From Rubrobacter sp. (GTDB taxonomy: Bacteria; Actinomycetota; Rubrobacteria; Rubrobacterales; Rubrobacteraceae), in the NCBI GenBank assembly GCA_013812245.1, contig JACCTS010000081.1, positions 30-64,029 on the forward strand: 64,000 nucleotides of DNA, given 5' to 3'. Every line of letters begins with the position of its first letter. The stretch's first letter is position 1. The position numbers and the translations under genes are program-made. Below the pieces are notes generated by a model. That model did no database searches. It worked only from the letters and a program-made list of their open reading frames with translations, and was not told the origin of the DNA. Of the stretch, positions 26,615-37,300 are shown piece by piece.

Positions 26615-27937
26615 TTGAGGATCTTCGTCGCCCTGTTGCTGGTCGCCTTAAATGGCCTGTTCGTCGCGGCGGAGTTCGCGTTCGTCAGGATACGGGCCAC
26701 CCAGATAGACCAGCTCGCGCGTGAGGGCCGCTCGTCGGCCGGGCTGGTCCAGGCCGCCCGAGATAAGCTCGACCAGTACCTCGCGGTGTGCCAGCTCGGG
26801 ATCACGATCTGCTCTCTTGGTATCGGTGCGCTGGCGGAGCCGGCCATCGCGAACCTCATAGACCCTCTACTCGAAGCTGTGGGGCTGCCGGGTGGCCTCG
26901 TACACCCAATAGCAATAGCGATCGCCCTGTTCATCGCTTCGTTCCTGCACGTGGTTTTCGGGGAGTTGGCGCCCAAGACATTCGCCATCCAGAAGGCCGA
27001 AGGGACCTCGCTCTTCGTCGCCCCGTTCATGCGCTTCTCCTACTACGTGCTCTATCCGCTGACCATGCTATTCAACGGGACGGCCAACGCCATCACCGGC
27101 GCCCTGGGCGTACCGCCCGCCTCCGAGAGCGACGAGACACACACGGAGGAGGAGATCCGCCAGCTTATAGCCCAATCCACCCGGCACGGTGTCCTGGAAG
27201 AGGACGACGAGCATCGTCTCACCGGCGTCTTCAACCTCGAAGACACGATAGCCCGTGAGATCATGGTCCCGAGGCCGGACGTGGTCGCGCTATCGGCGGA
27301 GACGAAGCTGGAGGACCTCGTTTCAGTGGCGGCGGCTGGACGGTACACCCGCTATCCGATCCACGAGGGAGATGCCACGGATCGCATCATCGGGGCGGTC
27401 CACGTGAAGGACGCGCTGCGCGCCGTGGACACGGAGAAGAGCATCGAGGCGAACGTCACGGCCAAGGACATCATGCGCGAGGTGCTCATCGTCCCTGAGA
27501 ACAGGGCCATCGAGAACATTCTGGAGGATTTCCAGAGCCAGGAGATCCAGATGGCCATAGTCATAGATGAGTGGGGCTCTTTCGAGGGGCTCATCACCAT
27601 CGAGGACATCCTGGAGGAGATCGTCGGTGAGATCCGGGACGAGTTCGACGAGGAGGAACCCGGCATGGACCGCCTCGACGACGGCTCGTACTCCGTGGAC
27701 GGGCGCGTCCCGATAGGCGCCGTGAACGACTCACTCGGTTCCGACCTCCAGAGCGAGGACTTCGACACCATCGGCGGCCTCGTCCTCGGCCAGCTCGGCC
27801 GCGCCCCCGAAACAGGCGACGAGGTATCCCTCGACGGCCACACCCTGCGCATCGATGAGACAGACGGCCCCCGCGTGGCCCGCGTCGTCATCAGCGAAGG
27901 CCCGCATTCCGAAGAGAGCGCGGGGAAAGTGGACTAG
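26615..27937 (+). CDS. hemolysin-family / CNNM (DUF21-CBS-CorC_HlyC) divalent-cation transport protein
   Basis: DUF21 TM region (LNGLFVAAEFAFV), a CBS pair and a CorC_HlyC C-terminal domain. The TTG start is uncertain; the frame is open from 26564. Confidence 0.85.
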   Translation: MRIFVALLLVALNGLFVAAEFAFVRIRATQIDQLAREGRSSAGLVQAARDKLDQYLAVCQLGITICSLGIGALAEPAIANLIDPLLEAVGLPGGLVHPIAIAIALFIASFLHVVFGELAPKTFAIQKAEGTSLFVAPFMRFSYYVLYPLTMLFNGTANAITGALGVPPASESDETHTEEEIRQLIAQSTRHGVLEEDDEHRLTGVFNLEDTIAREIMVPRPDVVALSAETKLEDLVSVAAAGRYTRYPIHEGDATDRIIGAVHVKDALRAVDTEKSIEANVTAKDIMREVLIVPENRAIENILEDFQSQEIQMAIVIDEWGSFEGLITIEDILEEIVGEIRDEFDEEEPGMDRLDDGSYSVDGRVPIGAVNDSLGSDLQSEDFDTIGGLVLGQLGRAPETGDEVSLDGHTLRIDETDGPRVARVVISEGPHSEESAGKVD

Positions 27938-27976
27938 CGAACCCCGGCTACTTCGTACTGCCCATTATAGCATGGA

Positions 27977-28837
27977 TCAGTCCGGGATGGTGGCGTTCTC
28001 CAGCCCTTCTTCGGCGGGCGGGAACTTCGGGTCTATCTCTTCCAGGGTGTCGGCTATGGCGCGGGCGATGACGAGGTTACGGTACCACTTCTTGTTTGCC
28101 GGGACGACGTACCAGGGTGCGTACTCCGTCGAGGTCTCGCCGATGGTCTCCTCGAAAGCCTCCTGGTAGGCGTCCCAGTAGGCACGCTCCTTGATGTCGT
28201 TCGAGGAGAACTTCCACCGCTTCTCCGGGTCGGCGAGGCGGCTCTCCAAGCGTCGCTTCTGCTCATCTTTGGATATGTGGAGGTAGAACTTGATCACCGA
28301 GATGTTGCTCCGGGTCAGGTTGTACTCGAAGTTGTTGATCAGCTCGAAGCGCGGTCGCCAGACCTCCTCCGGCACGAGGTTCTTCACGCGCACCACGAGC
28401 ACGTCCTCGTAGTGGGAACGGTTGAAGATGCCGATGCGTCCGACGGCGGGCGTGCTCTTGTGGTAGCGCCACAGGAAATCGTGGTTTCGCTCCTCGGGGT
28501 TCGGGGCCTTGAACGACGAGACCCTACATCCCTGCGGATTCACGCCGCTGAAGACGTGCTTGATCGTGCCGTCCTTCCCGCCGGTGTCCATCGCCTGCAA
28601 CACGATCAGAAGCCCCTGTTTGTTCTCTGCGTACAGCTTGCCCTGCAAGTCCTGGATACGCCTCCGCTGCGTCTCCAGCTCCCCGAGCACATCCTTCTTT
28701 CTGGTGTACCCCTCGGATTGGCCCGCATCCACGGATGACAGATCCACACCCACCCCAGGCGGGACGCGGTAGTCGGGATAGGTAAGACCGTTAGCCGAAT
28801 GCTCTGTCTCCGCCGGGTTCTTACTCTTCTTCGCCAA
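27977..28837 (-). CDS. ppk2: polyphosphate kinase 2 family protein
   Basis: Has the PPK2 pattern LLIVLQAMDTGGKDGTIKHV...FNRSHYEDVLVVRV. Confidence 0.9.
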   Translation of the reverse strand: MAKKSKNPAETEHSANGLTYPDYRVPPGVGVDLSSVDAGQSEGYTRKKDVLGELETQRRRIQDLQGKLYAENKQGLLIVLQAMDTGGKDGTIKHVFSGVNPQGCRVSSFKAPNPEERNHDFLWRYHKSTPAVGRIGIFNRSHYEDVLVVRVKNLVPEEVWRPRFELINNFEYNLTRSNISVIKFYLHISKDEQKRRLESRLADPEKRWKFSSNDIKERAYWDAYQEAFEETIGETSTEYAPWYVVPANKKWYRNLVIARAIADTLEEIDPKFPPAEEGLENATIPD

Positions 28838-28921
28838 GCTGGTTCCTTTCCCCTCGTATGTTGACGTATACCCGTCCGATACAGGATTACACAGGCGCGG
28901 AAGAGTCTGAAGAGCTGTTCG

Positions 28922-29548
28922 TCAGCCGCGTGTGTTCCAGCGGCGCCATATCAGGAAGATCACACCCGCCAGGATGAGGATTGGGGCCGTCCACTCCACG
29001 ATCGGCATGTACTCCTCCACCAGCTCCCACCTGGCGCCGAGTGCCCATCCCAGCGCGATGAACACCCCGTTCCACAGCGCGCCGCCGAGCACGGTGAACC
29101 CGAGAAAACGTCCGAAGACCGGCATCCTCTTCATACCTGCGGGAACCGAGATCAGGGCCCCCACGTTCGGCATGATCTGACCGATCAGTACGGCCTTCCC
29201 GCCGTGACGCTCGAAGAACTTCCCCGCCCGGTCGAGGTCCGACACCGTGACGATCTTGAACCGCTCGACCCGCTTCACGAGCCGTCTCAGACGATGCTCT
29301 CCCACCTTGAGCCCCACGTAGTACAGCAGCAGAGACGCCGCAACCGAGCCCGTCGTCGCGGCCAGCAGTACCAGCGGAAAGGAGAACCGTCCCCGCCCGA
29401 CCAGGAAGCCCGCGAAGGGCAGGACCACCTCCGTATAGACTGGCAGGAAAAGGTTAGAGAGCGCGACCAGTACCACCAGGCCCAGGTATCCGAAGGAGTG
29501 GATGACCTCCTGGATCCAATGTGCGACGTCTCCGACCGTGTGTCCCAT
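28922..29548 (-). CDS. DedA family membrane protein
   Basis: SNARE-associated/DedA pattern (FLPVYTEVVLPFAGFLV...GRFLGFTVLGGALWN). Confidence 0.85.
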   Translation of the reverse strand: MGHTVGDVAHWIQEVIHSFGYLGLVVLVALSNLFLPVYTEVVLPFAGFLVGRGRFSFPLVLLAATTGSVAASLLLYYVGLKVGEHRLRRLVKRVERFKIVTVSDLDRAGKFFERHGGKAVLIGQIMPNVGALISVPAGMKRMPVFGRFLGFTVLGGALWNGVFIALGWALGARWELVEEYMPIVEWTAPILILAGVIFLIWRRWNTRG

Positions 29549-29589
29549 GCCGCCATTCTAACCGCGGCCACCCCGGAGGTACGCCGGTG

Positions 29590-29664
29590 CTACTGCGCGA
29601 AGAACACGTAGATGGCGACGACCATGGCGGTCATCACGATGCAGAGTATCAGCAACTCGCGCAT
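29590..29664 (-). CDS. candidate 24-aa hydrophobic micropeptide
   Basis: MRELLILCIVMTAMVVAIYVFFAQ. The ATG lies 10 nt after the exporter stop and is preceded by AAAGGAAAG. Below the ORF-track size cut-off. Confidence 0.35.
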   Translation of the reverse strand: MRELLILCIVMTAMVVAIYVFFAQ

Positions 29665-29674
29665 GGCTTTCCTT

Positions 29675-31501
29675 TCATGGGCGTACCGGATCCTGGGCCT
29701 GCAAATCGTGGAGCCTTGCGTACAGGCCGCCCGCCGAGATCAACTCCTCATGCGTCCCGCTCTCAGCGACCCGTCCGTCATCCAACACGAGGATGCTGTC
29801 AACGTCCCTGACCAGCCTCAACTCGTGGGCGATGACGAATGTGGTGCGGCCCTCGGTCAGAACCCGCCAGCTCTCCTCCACCGCGCCCGCCACCTCGGCG
29901 TCAAGGCCGGACTGGGGTTCGTCCAGTATCAGGATCGGGCTCTCCCTGAGCATCGCCCTGGCTATGGAAATCCTCTGCCGCTGGCCGCCGCTCAGGCTCT
30001 CGCCCCGCTCGGAGAGCAACTCGTCGTAGCCTCCGGGCAAGCTCCGGATGAACCCGTCCGCACCCGCAAGCTCCGCCGCGTGTTCGATCTCCCCGCGCGT
30101 CGCGTCTGGTCGCCCGTAGGAGATGTTCTCGGCCACCGTAGCCCGGAACAGCATCGGCTCCTGCGGCACGAAAGTCACCGAATCCCGCAGTGATTTGAGG
30201 GTGAAGTCCCTCATGTCCTCACCGTCCATCAGGACACGGCCCTCGCGCGGGTCGTAGAGGCGTGCGATCAGGCTGGTGATAGTGGTCTTCCCGGCGCCGC
30301 TGACGCCGACGAGGGCGACCCGGCTCCCAGGCTCCACGTCGAAGCCCACATCTCGCAGCACGTCCCCGGCCTCGCCGTCGTAGGCGAAGCTCACGTCCTC
30401 GAACGTCACCCTTCCGGCGAACCGGGGGGCGGGACGCGCATCAGGGGACTCCTTCACCGAAGGCTCGGCGTTCAGCAGCTCGATGATGCGCTCTCCCGAA
30501 ACGAGTGACTTGCCGATCTGGTTCGCCTGCCGGGACAAAGCCCACAGAGGCGAGAGGAACAGGCTCAGGTAAGCCACGAACACCGTCAGGTCGCCGACTG
30601 AGAGCGCACCGGAGATGACCTGCCGCGCCCCGAAGTATGTGACGAGCGCGGTGCCGAGGCCGCCGACCACCCCGAGGACGGTGCTGAACTTCGCTTCGAT
30701 CAGGGAGGAGTCAACGCTGGCATCGAGCGACTCGCGGCTCTCGTGGCGAAAGCGGTCCATCTCGTCTTCCTCGCGGCCGAAGATCTTCACCGCCCGGATG
30801 CCGGTTATGGCCTCCTGCACCACGGAGGCGATAGCGCCTTCGCGGGCGCGGACGACGCGCATGCGCTCGATCAGGGACCGCCGGTAGCGCCGCACCGCTA
30901 TGAACAGGAACGGAACGGTGAGCAGCGCGAGCAGGGTGAGCTGCCAGTTCAGCCAGATCATCACGACGAGCATGCCGATCAGGATCAGGGTTGACGAAAA
31001 CACCTCGACCACGGAGTCGACCAGCAGCGTTCTGACCTCCTTCACGTCGCTGGTGACGCGGGTTATCGTGTCACCAGTGCGCTTCCCGCCGTGGTAGTCG
31101 AGGCCGAGGGCGTGGACCTTCGAGTAGAGCGCCTCGCGCATGTCGAAGACGGTCTGCTGCCCGAGCTTCTGCAGGAGGAAGCGCCGGTACGACGCGACGG
31201 TTCGGGTGAGGGTGAAGATCACGACGATCAGGAACGCTATTCCAGCGAGCAGAATGGCCTTGTCAGCCATGAGGTCGGGCACCCACTCAGGCAACTCTTT
31301 GTGGTCGCCGAGTATGTAGTCTATGGTCAGAGCCAACGGCCAGGGCTGGGCCAGGCTCGTTGCCGTCTCCACGAGCAGCACGGCGAGCGCCAGCAGGAGG
31401 CCCCGCCAGCGCGGCGACAGAAACGGCGTAAAGTTGGAGAGCGTATCCTGGGTGTGCCGCAGCCCGGCGACCAATCCGGCGAATCGTTTATTCATCCGCA
31501 T
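29675..31501 (-). CDS. ABC transporter, fused permease/ATP-binding exporter (MsbA-like)
   Basis: Six-TM exporter domain, Walker A GVSGAGKTT, signature LSGGQRQR, Walker B ILILDEPQSGLD. Confidence 0.92.
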   Translation of the reverse strand: MRMNKRFAGLVAGLRHTQDTLSNFTPFLSPRWRGLLLALAVLLVETATSLAQPWPLALTIDYILGDHKELPEWVPDLMADKAILLAGIAFLIVVIFTLTRTVASYRRFLLQKLGQQTVFDMREALYSKVHALGLDYHGGKRTGDTITRVTSDVKEVRTLLVDSVVEVFSSTLILIGMLVVMIWLNWQLTLLALLTVPFLFIAVRRYRRSLIERMRVVRAREGAIASVVQEAITGIRAVKIFGREEDEMDRFRHESRESLDASVDSSLIEAKFSTVLGVVGGLGTALVTYFGARQVISGALSVGDLTVFVAYLSLFLSPLWALSRQANQIGKSLVSGERIIELLNAEPSVKESPDARPAPRFAGRVTFEDVSFAYDGEAGDVLRDVGFDVEPGSRVALVGVSGAGKTTITSLIARLYDPREGRVLMDGEDMRDFTLKSLRDSVTFVPQEPMLFRATVAENISYGRPDATRGEIEHAAELAGADGFIRSLPGGYDELLSERGESLSGGQRQRISIARAMLRESPILILDEPQSGLDAEVAGAVEESWRVLTEGRTTFVIAHELRLVRDVDSILVLDDGRVAESGTHEELISAGGLYARLHDLQAQDPVRP

Positions 31502-31564
31502 AGGATACCGCGCAACGCGGGTTTAGAATGTGTCAGCTATACCCCCAAGGTACTGGAGGACACT

Positions 31565-31948
31565 GTGGCGCGAAGAGTTCTGGCAGCCATGGAAGACTTG
31601 CTCTTCAAGAGCAAAATATCCGAGACCGCTTCCCAACTCGGCGTCGAGGCGAAGTTCCCCCGCAGCCCGGAGAAGCTGCTCGCGGCGATCCGGGAGTCCC
31701 CGCCCGACCTGCTCGTCCTCGACCTCAACTCGTCCCGCTTCGATCCGCTGGCACTCCTGCGGGAGGTAGATGGGAAGAACGTACCGACGGTCGGCTTCCT
31801 CTCGCACGTCCAGAAGGACCTCGCGGTCGCGGCGAGAGAGGCCGGCTGTGACAAAGTCATGGCCCGCAGCGCCTTCACCCGCGACCTGCCGGAGATCCTT
31901 TCAGGCGGCGCCCCCGCCGATACCAACGACGAGGCCGGGGTTGGCTGA
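31565..31948 (+). CDS. CheY-like (receiver-fold) protein without an output domain
   Basis: The pattern PDLLVLDLN...VPTVGFLSHV resembles a stand-alone receiver. GTG start after GGAGGA, with the ATG at 31589 as an alternative. Confidence 0.5.
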   Translation: MARRVLAAMEDLLFKSKISETASQLGVEAKFPRSPEKLLAAIRESPPDLLVLDLNSSRFDPLALLREVDGKNVPTVGFLSHVQKDLAVAAREAGCDKVMARSAFTRDLPEILSGGAPADTNDEAGVG

Positions 31949-32501
31949 GAACGGTATCTGGGAGAGAATCTCCTCGGAAAAGCTCATGGAGACGCCTTAC
32001 TTCGTCCTCCGCTCCGACGGATACCGTCTCCCCGACGGTGCCGTCAAGGACCCTTACTACATCCTCGAACGCCCGGATGCCGCGATCATCTTTCCGCTCA
32101 CGGCGTCGGGCGATGTGATCCTGGTGCGCCAGTACCGTCCGCCCCTGGGGCGGATGGAACTCGGCCTGCCTGCCGGGCTCGTGGAGCGGGACGAAGATCC
32201 GGAGGAGGCGGCCCGACGGGAGCTTTTTGAAGAAACTGGCTTCGGGGGCGGAGAATGGGAGCCCCTGACGGCCCTGGCCTCCTCGCCGAGCCTGAAGGAC
32301 AACTGGGCCTATCTCTTCCTCGTCCGCGGCGTGGAGAAGACCACCTCGCCGGACCTCGACGAGCACGAGCGGGTCGAAGTGGTGACGGTCCCTCTCGGGG
32401 ATCTTACCGGACTGGTCTTCTCCGGTAAGATCGTCAGTTCCAGCGGGGTAGCGGCGGTCATGCTGGCGCTCCACCGACTGAAAGGAAGTGGTGTGCGATG
32501 A
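31941..32501 (+). CDS. NUDIX hydrolase (ADP-ribose pyrophosphatase-like)
   Basis: Nudix box GLVERDEDPEEAARRELFEETGF. The TTG start overlaps the upstream stop, with the ATG at 31987 as an alternative. Confidence 0.8.
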   Translation: MAENGIWERISSEKLMETPYFVLRSDGYRLPDGAVKDPYYILERPDAAIIFPLTASGDVILVRQYRPPLGRMELGLPAGLVERDEDPEEAARRELFEETGFGGGEWEPLTALASSPSLKDNWAYLFLVRGVEKTTSPDLDEHERVEVVTVPLGDLTGLVFSGKIVSSSGVAAVMLALHRLKGSGVR

Positions 32502-32665
32502 GCGCGGAAGTCTGGCAGTTCGGGGCGGTTGCAGCCGTCGGGGTGATCGTGATCCTGCTGTGGTTCTTCCTGATATACCTGCCGCGCCGGACCGGGGAAG
32601 GCGAACGCGAACGTAGCACGGAGGATAAGCGGGAAGATAGCTCAGAGAGGGATGACCTCTCTTAG
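32498..32665 (+). CDS. candidate 55-aa single-TM protein
   Basis: ATGA overlap with the Nudix stop. Translates to MSAEVWQFGAVAAVGVIVILLWFFLIYLPRR followed by a charged tail. Below the ORF-track cut-off. Confidence 0.4.
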   Translation: MSAEVWQFGAVAAVGVIVILLWFFLIYLPRRTGEGERERSTEDKREDSSERDDLS

Positions 32666-32694
32666 AAAATCCCTAAACAAGAGGAGGGAGCAAG

Positions 32695-33495
32695 TTGGCA
32701 TTGGCGCTAGGCACCGGTCCGTTCGGCCCGAAGAGCGAAGGCGAATTCAACTTCGACACGGGCGTACTCAAGGCCCACACCCTGTACTTCGAGGATTCTC
32801 CTAAACGGGTGAGGACCATTTTCGGGGGCGAAACCGTGGTGGACAGCCGGAGGGTAAAGCTGCTGCACGAGACGGGACACCTGCCAGTCTACTACTTCCC
32901 GATGGAGGACATTCGACGCGACCTTTTGGAGGAGAGCGACCACACCACCCACTGTCCTTTCAAGGGCGACGCCTCCTACTACTCCGTGCGGGCCGGGGGC
33001 CGGGGCGCGGAGAACGTCGTCTGGTATTACCCGGAGCCGCTGGAGTCTTTCTCAGCGCTTAAGGGCTACGCGGCGTTCTACTGGAGGAAGATGGAGCGTT
33101 GGATGGAGGAGGACGAGGAGGTCATCGGGCATCCCCACGACCCGTACCACCGGGTGGACGTGCTCGAGTCTTCCAGGCAAGTCCGGGTCACGCTGGATGG
33201 CGAGGTGCTGGCGGCGTCGGATCGCCCCAAGATACTCTTCGAGACCGGCCTGCCGCCACGCCACTATCTGCCGCCCGAGGATGTCCGCACGGACCTTCTC
33301 CTCCCGAGCGACACCGAGACCATCTGCCCCTACAAGGGCGTGGCCTCCTACCACTCGGCACTGGTGAACGGCACGTCCATTGAGGACGCGGCATGGCTCT
33401 ACCCGGAACCTCTCCCGGAGGCAGAGAAGGTCAAAGACCACCTCTGCTTCGACAGCAAAAAAGTGGAGGTAAAGGTGGACGGCGAGAAGATATAG
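32695..33495 (+). CDS. tandem DUF427 domain protein
   Basis: Two DUF427 repeats (VVDSRRVKLLHETGHLPVYYFP...CPFKGDASYY and LAASDRPKILFETGLPPRHYLP...CPYKGVASYH). TTG start after GAGGAGGGAG. Confidence 0.8.
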   Translation: MALALGTGPFGPKSEGEFNFDTGVLKAHTLYFEDSPKRVRTIFGGETVVDSRRVKLLHETGHLPVYYFPMEDIRRDLLEESDHTTHCPFKGDASYYSVRAGGRGAENVVWYYPEPLESFSALKGYAAFYWRKMERWMEEDEEVIGHPHDPYHRVDVLESSRQVRVTLDGEVLAASDRPKILFETGLPPRHYLPPEDVRTDLLLPSDTETICPYKGVASYHSALVNGTSIEDAAWLYPEPLPEAEKVKDHLCFDSKKVEVKVDGEKI

Positions 33496-33543
33496 CGAAC
33501 GGGATGTTGAGGCGAGAGCAGGGCCGGAGAAACGCGCGAACCT

Positions 33544-34281
33544 CTACAGCGTGGGGAGAGAGATTATCCCCATCTCCAGGCCCCGGACCACGGCTTGCGT
33601 CCGGTCGGAGACGCTGAGCTTGGAGATGATGTGCTGGACGTGGTTCTTCGCGGTGCCCACGCTGACTACCAGCTCCCGGGAGACCTCCTGGTTGGAGAGA
33701 CCCCGGGCCAGGAGTTGCAGCACTTCCGTCTCGCGGGGCGTAAGCGTCTCGGTAGAGTCTGCGGGCTGCGGTCCGGGGTCCTCCTTCGCGGAGGCTGGAA
33801 GATCGGCGGCGAGCCGCTGTAGCAGTTGGACGGTGAGCTTCTGGTCCAGAGCAGGTTCTCCGCTCAGCACGCTCCGCACGGAGTCGACCAACTGGGTCCG
33901 GGGAGCGTCCTTGAGCACGTAGCCGGCGGCGCCGGCCTTCAGCGCCTCCAGCAGGTAATCCTGATTTTCGTGCACCGTCAGGATCAGCACGCCGACACGG
34001 GGCCACCGGCGCTTGACCTCGCGGGTCGCCGCCAGGCCATCCATCTCCGGCATGCGCACGTCCATCAGCATGAGGTCGGGCTGCAGGCGGCCGCAGACCT
34101 CCACGGCCTCGCGGCCGTTCGACGCCTCACCAACTATCTGGATGCCTTCCACGCCCGAGAGCATGGCTTTCAGGCCAGCCCTCACGAGATCGTGATCGTC
34201 GGTCAGGACGATCTTCGCCGGGCCGGGGGCGTTCTCCACAAGGTTCTCCGCAAGGGTTTGATCACTCATATCGTTTCCCAC
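33544..34281 (-). CDS. LuxR/NarL-family response regulator
   Basis: REC domain (VLTDDHDLVR...DVRMPEMDG) plus HTH LTPRETEVLQLLARGLSNQEVSRELVVSVGTAKNHV. The start may be the ATG at 34269. Confidence 0.9.
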   Translation of the reverse strand: MGNDMSDQTLAENLVENAPGPAKIVLTDDHDLVRAGLKAMLSGVEGIQIVGEASNGREAVEVCGRLQPDLMLMDVRMPEMDGLAATREVKRRWPRVGVLILTVHENQDYLLEALKAGAAGYVLKDAPRTQLVDSVRSVLSGEPALDQKLTVQLLQRLAADLPASAKEDPGPQPADSTETLTPRETEVLQLLARGLSNQEVSRELVVSVGTAKNHVQHIISKLSVSDRTQAVVRGLEMGIISLPTL

Positions 34282-34301
34282 GTCGGACGGCCTGACACGG
34301 A

Positions 34302-37300
34302 TCAGGAATTCCTTGCCATCTCTTGCAACCCCTTCGCTGGCTCCGGCAGCGGAACGCTGGCCGTCACGGAACTCCCTACACCTTCTTTGCTCTGAATCTG
34401 CAGGATACCACCTACCAGTTCGATGCGTTCGCGCATGCTCGAAAGCCCGACCCGCTCGCCGGGTCCGCCGTCGAATGAAGCGGTCGAGTCGAAGCCTTTA
34501 CCCTGATCCCGGACTTGCAGGCGTATCGCGTCGTCCAGGCGTTCCAACTCGATATCGACCCTGGTCGTCTGGGCATGCTTGCGGACGTTCGTCAGCGCCT
34601 CCTGCGTGACCCGGTAGAGTGCGGTCTCTATCTCCAGCGGCAGGCGTTCGCCTTCGAGGTCGCTCCGGTATTCGATGCGCCAGTCCTCCTTCCGCAGCGC
34701 CTCGACCTGCAGACGAACGGCAGTTGCCAGCCCGAAGTCGTCCAGGGCGGTCGGACGCAGGTCCGCGATCACGTGCCGGGCCTCCTGCACGGTCTGCCGG
34801 ATAAGTTCGAGGCTCCGATCCAACATCCCGCTGTCCCCGGAAGAGTCGGAAGGATGCTCCGCGGCGAACGCCTGCAGGTGCTGGTAGGCGGCGACCGCGA
34901 TCTGGGTCAGGCCGTCGTGTACCTCGTAGGCAACGTGGCGCCGCTCTTCCTCCTGCGCTGTTATCAGCCGGCCCACCAAGTCCTTGAGCTGCCTCTCGCG
35001 CTCGGCCAGTTCTCCGTAGAGTCGGGCGTTCTCCAGGGCGCTCGCCGCCTGGATGGAGAGGCTGCTGAGGATTTCCAGGTTATTCTTGTTGAGCAACGTC
35101 CTAGGGCCGTACGCTTCCAGCAAGCCCACGGTGCGGTCCCTTACCACGAGGGTCAGGCACAACCCCGCCATACGGCGGCGATCGGCGGAGTTCGAGGTTT
35201 CGAGCCGGAAATCTCGGGGATATCCCGTTTGCAGCACGGCGTCTCGCGTGGTCTCGGCTTCCCGGGATTCTCGGGCCCAGCGCCACAGGCTTTCGGGTCC
35301 AATGGTATGCCACACACGCAGGTTCTGCTCGTCGTCCAGCAGGCTGATGACCGCCGCGTCGAGGTTGGAGACGCGCTGCATGATTCTCAAGAGCCGCGTG
35401 CCTATCTCCTCCGGTTCCAGGGTGGACCCCAGGACCTGGCCGGCCTCGTAGAGGGCGAGCAGAGCGTCCACGCTGCGCCGCAAAGCGTCCCTGGCCTGCC
35501 GGCGGTCGGTCACGTCCCTGGAGTTGACTACGATCCCCGCCATCGCCGGCTCGTCGAGCATGTTGTTGCTGACGGCTTCGAGGTATCGCCACGAACCATC
35601 CTCGTGCCGGCACCTGAACTCCACGATCGGCCTGCCCCCACCCTCGTCGTAGTTTTCGTGGATCACGCTCGACGCGCGCTCGGCGTCGTCGGGATGCACG
35701 TAGTCGAGAATGTTGGTGCCTATCCTCCTCTCCGGTGTGTACCCGAGAACCCTCTCAACGGTCGGGCTCTCGTAGCGTATGATGCCGTCCGACTCGAGGA
35801 TCATGGTTATGTCCGAGGCATTCTGGACAAGCATCCGGAACCTGTTCTCGCTCTCCCTCAGCGCTTCAGCGGCCTGCTTGCGGTCTGTGATGTCTTCCAC
35901 CACGCACACGAAGTAGCCGGGGAGTCCCGACGGTTCGCGCACCACAGAGAGCGTCTGGTTTACCCAGATCTCACGCCCGTCCTTGCGTATGTAGCGTTTC
36001 TCCGCCGAGTAGGTCCAAAGCTTGTCGGAGAGCGTCCGGGTGAATTGCTCGTAGTCAGCGTCCAGGTCATCAGGGTGGACGATCTCCTGGAAGCCGAGCT
36101 GGAGGAGCTCTTCCTCCGTATAGCCGAGGATTTCGCACAGCCGGTCGTTGACCTTGAGCCAGCGGCTGAGGAGGCTGACGTGGGCCATGCCGACGGCGGC
36201 CTGCTCGAAGGCGGCCCTGAACCGCTCCTCGCTCTCCCTGAGGGCCTCCTCCCTCTGCCGGCGTCCGGTAACGTCGTGGGCCACGCAGCACAGCGCGGTG
36301 CGTCCGGCGTAGGAAACGGCGCTCGCGCTGACCTCCACGTCCACCAGCGTCCCGTCTTTGCGGCGGTAGCGGCGCTCGCCGATGGAGTAGATCCCCTCTT
36401 CGAGCGTCCGGCGCACGCGGGCGTCTATGCTCTCCCGATCATGGGCGACGAAGTCCGGCAACTTCATGCGCGAGATCTCCTCCTCGTCGTAGCCGAGGAG
36501 CCTCCGAAAAGCGGCGTTGGTCATCAGGACGCGCAGGCTCTCGGAGTCGACCATGAAGATGCCCTCCACGGCCTGCTCCACCGTGCTACGGTAGCGTTCC
36601 TCGCTCTTCCTCAAGGCGTCTTCGGCCCGCTCACGCTCGGTGTCATCGCGCCGGATACCCCAGGCTTGCGCCAGCAGTCCGTTTTCGACGACGCCGGTCA
36701 GGTTGTCCAGAAAGCGCTGGGTCTCACCCCGGCCGTCTATGCCGAGCGACCGGTGCCCGTCCAGCCGGTATCCGGAGCCGATAAAAGCCCGAAGGTGCTC
36801 CACGTTCTCCGGCACCGAGCGGGGCAGTAGCGTCTCTAGCGACGCTCCGATCAACCCGTTCGCCCGTTCGAAGCCGTACATCCGGGCCATCGCCCTGTTG
36901 CACTCGGCCAGCCGGCCGTGGCGGTAGAGGTGTTCGATCTGCTCGTCCTCCGGCAATCCCGTCGGGAGCGGATGCTCCAGCTCCAGACGCCAGATACCCT
37001 CCTCGCTATGCTCCACGAAGCTCCGGTAGCGCTCCTCGCTCCGTCGCAGATCCTCCTCGATCCGTATGCGTTCGGTCACGTCGTTCTGCACGCCGACGTA
37101 GCGGGTGAGCCCTCCCTCTTCGTCGTAGACCGGCGAGATGGAAAGCTCGTTCCAGAAGGGAGTGCCGTCCTTCTTGTAGTTCCTCAAGATCACCGTCAGG
37201 TAGCGTCCCTCTCGGATGGCCTCGCTCAACTCCCGGACGGCCGGCTGATCACGGTCCTCGCCCTGTAGGAAGCGGCAGTTGCGGCCGACGATCTCTTCGG

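Noticed and set aside
26296-27030. 244-aa minus-strand ORF spanning the spacer and the start of the CNNM gene.
   Set aside because: It is antisense to a well-supported gene, has Ser/Arg/Ala-rich composition, and has no start context.
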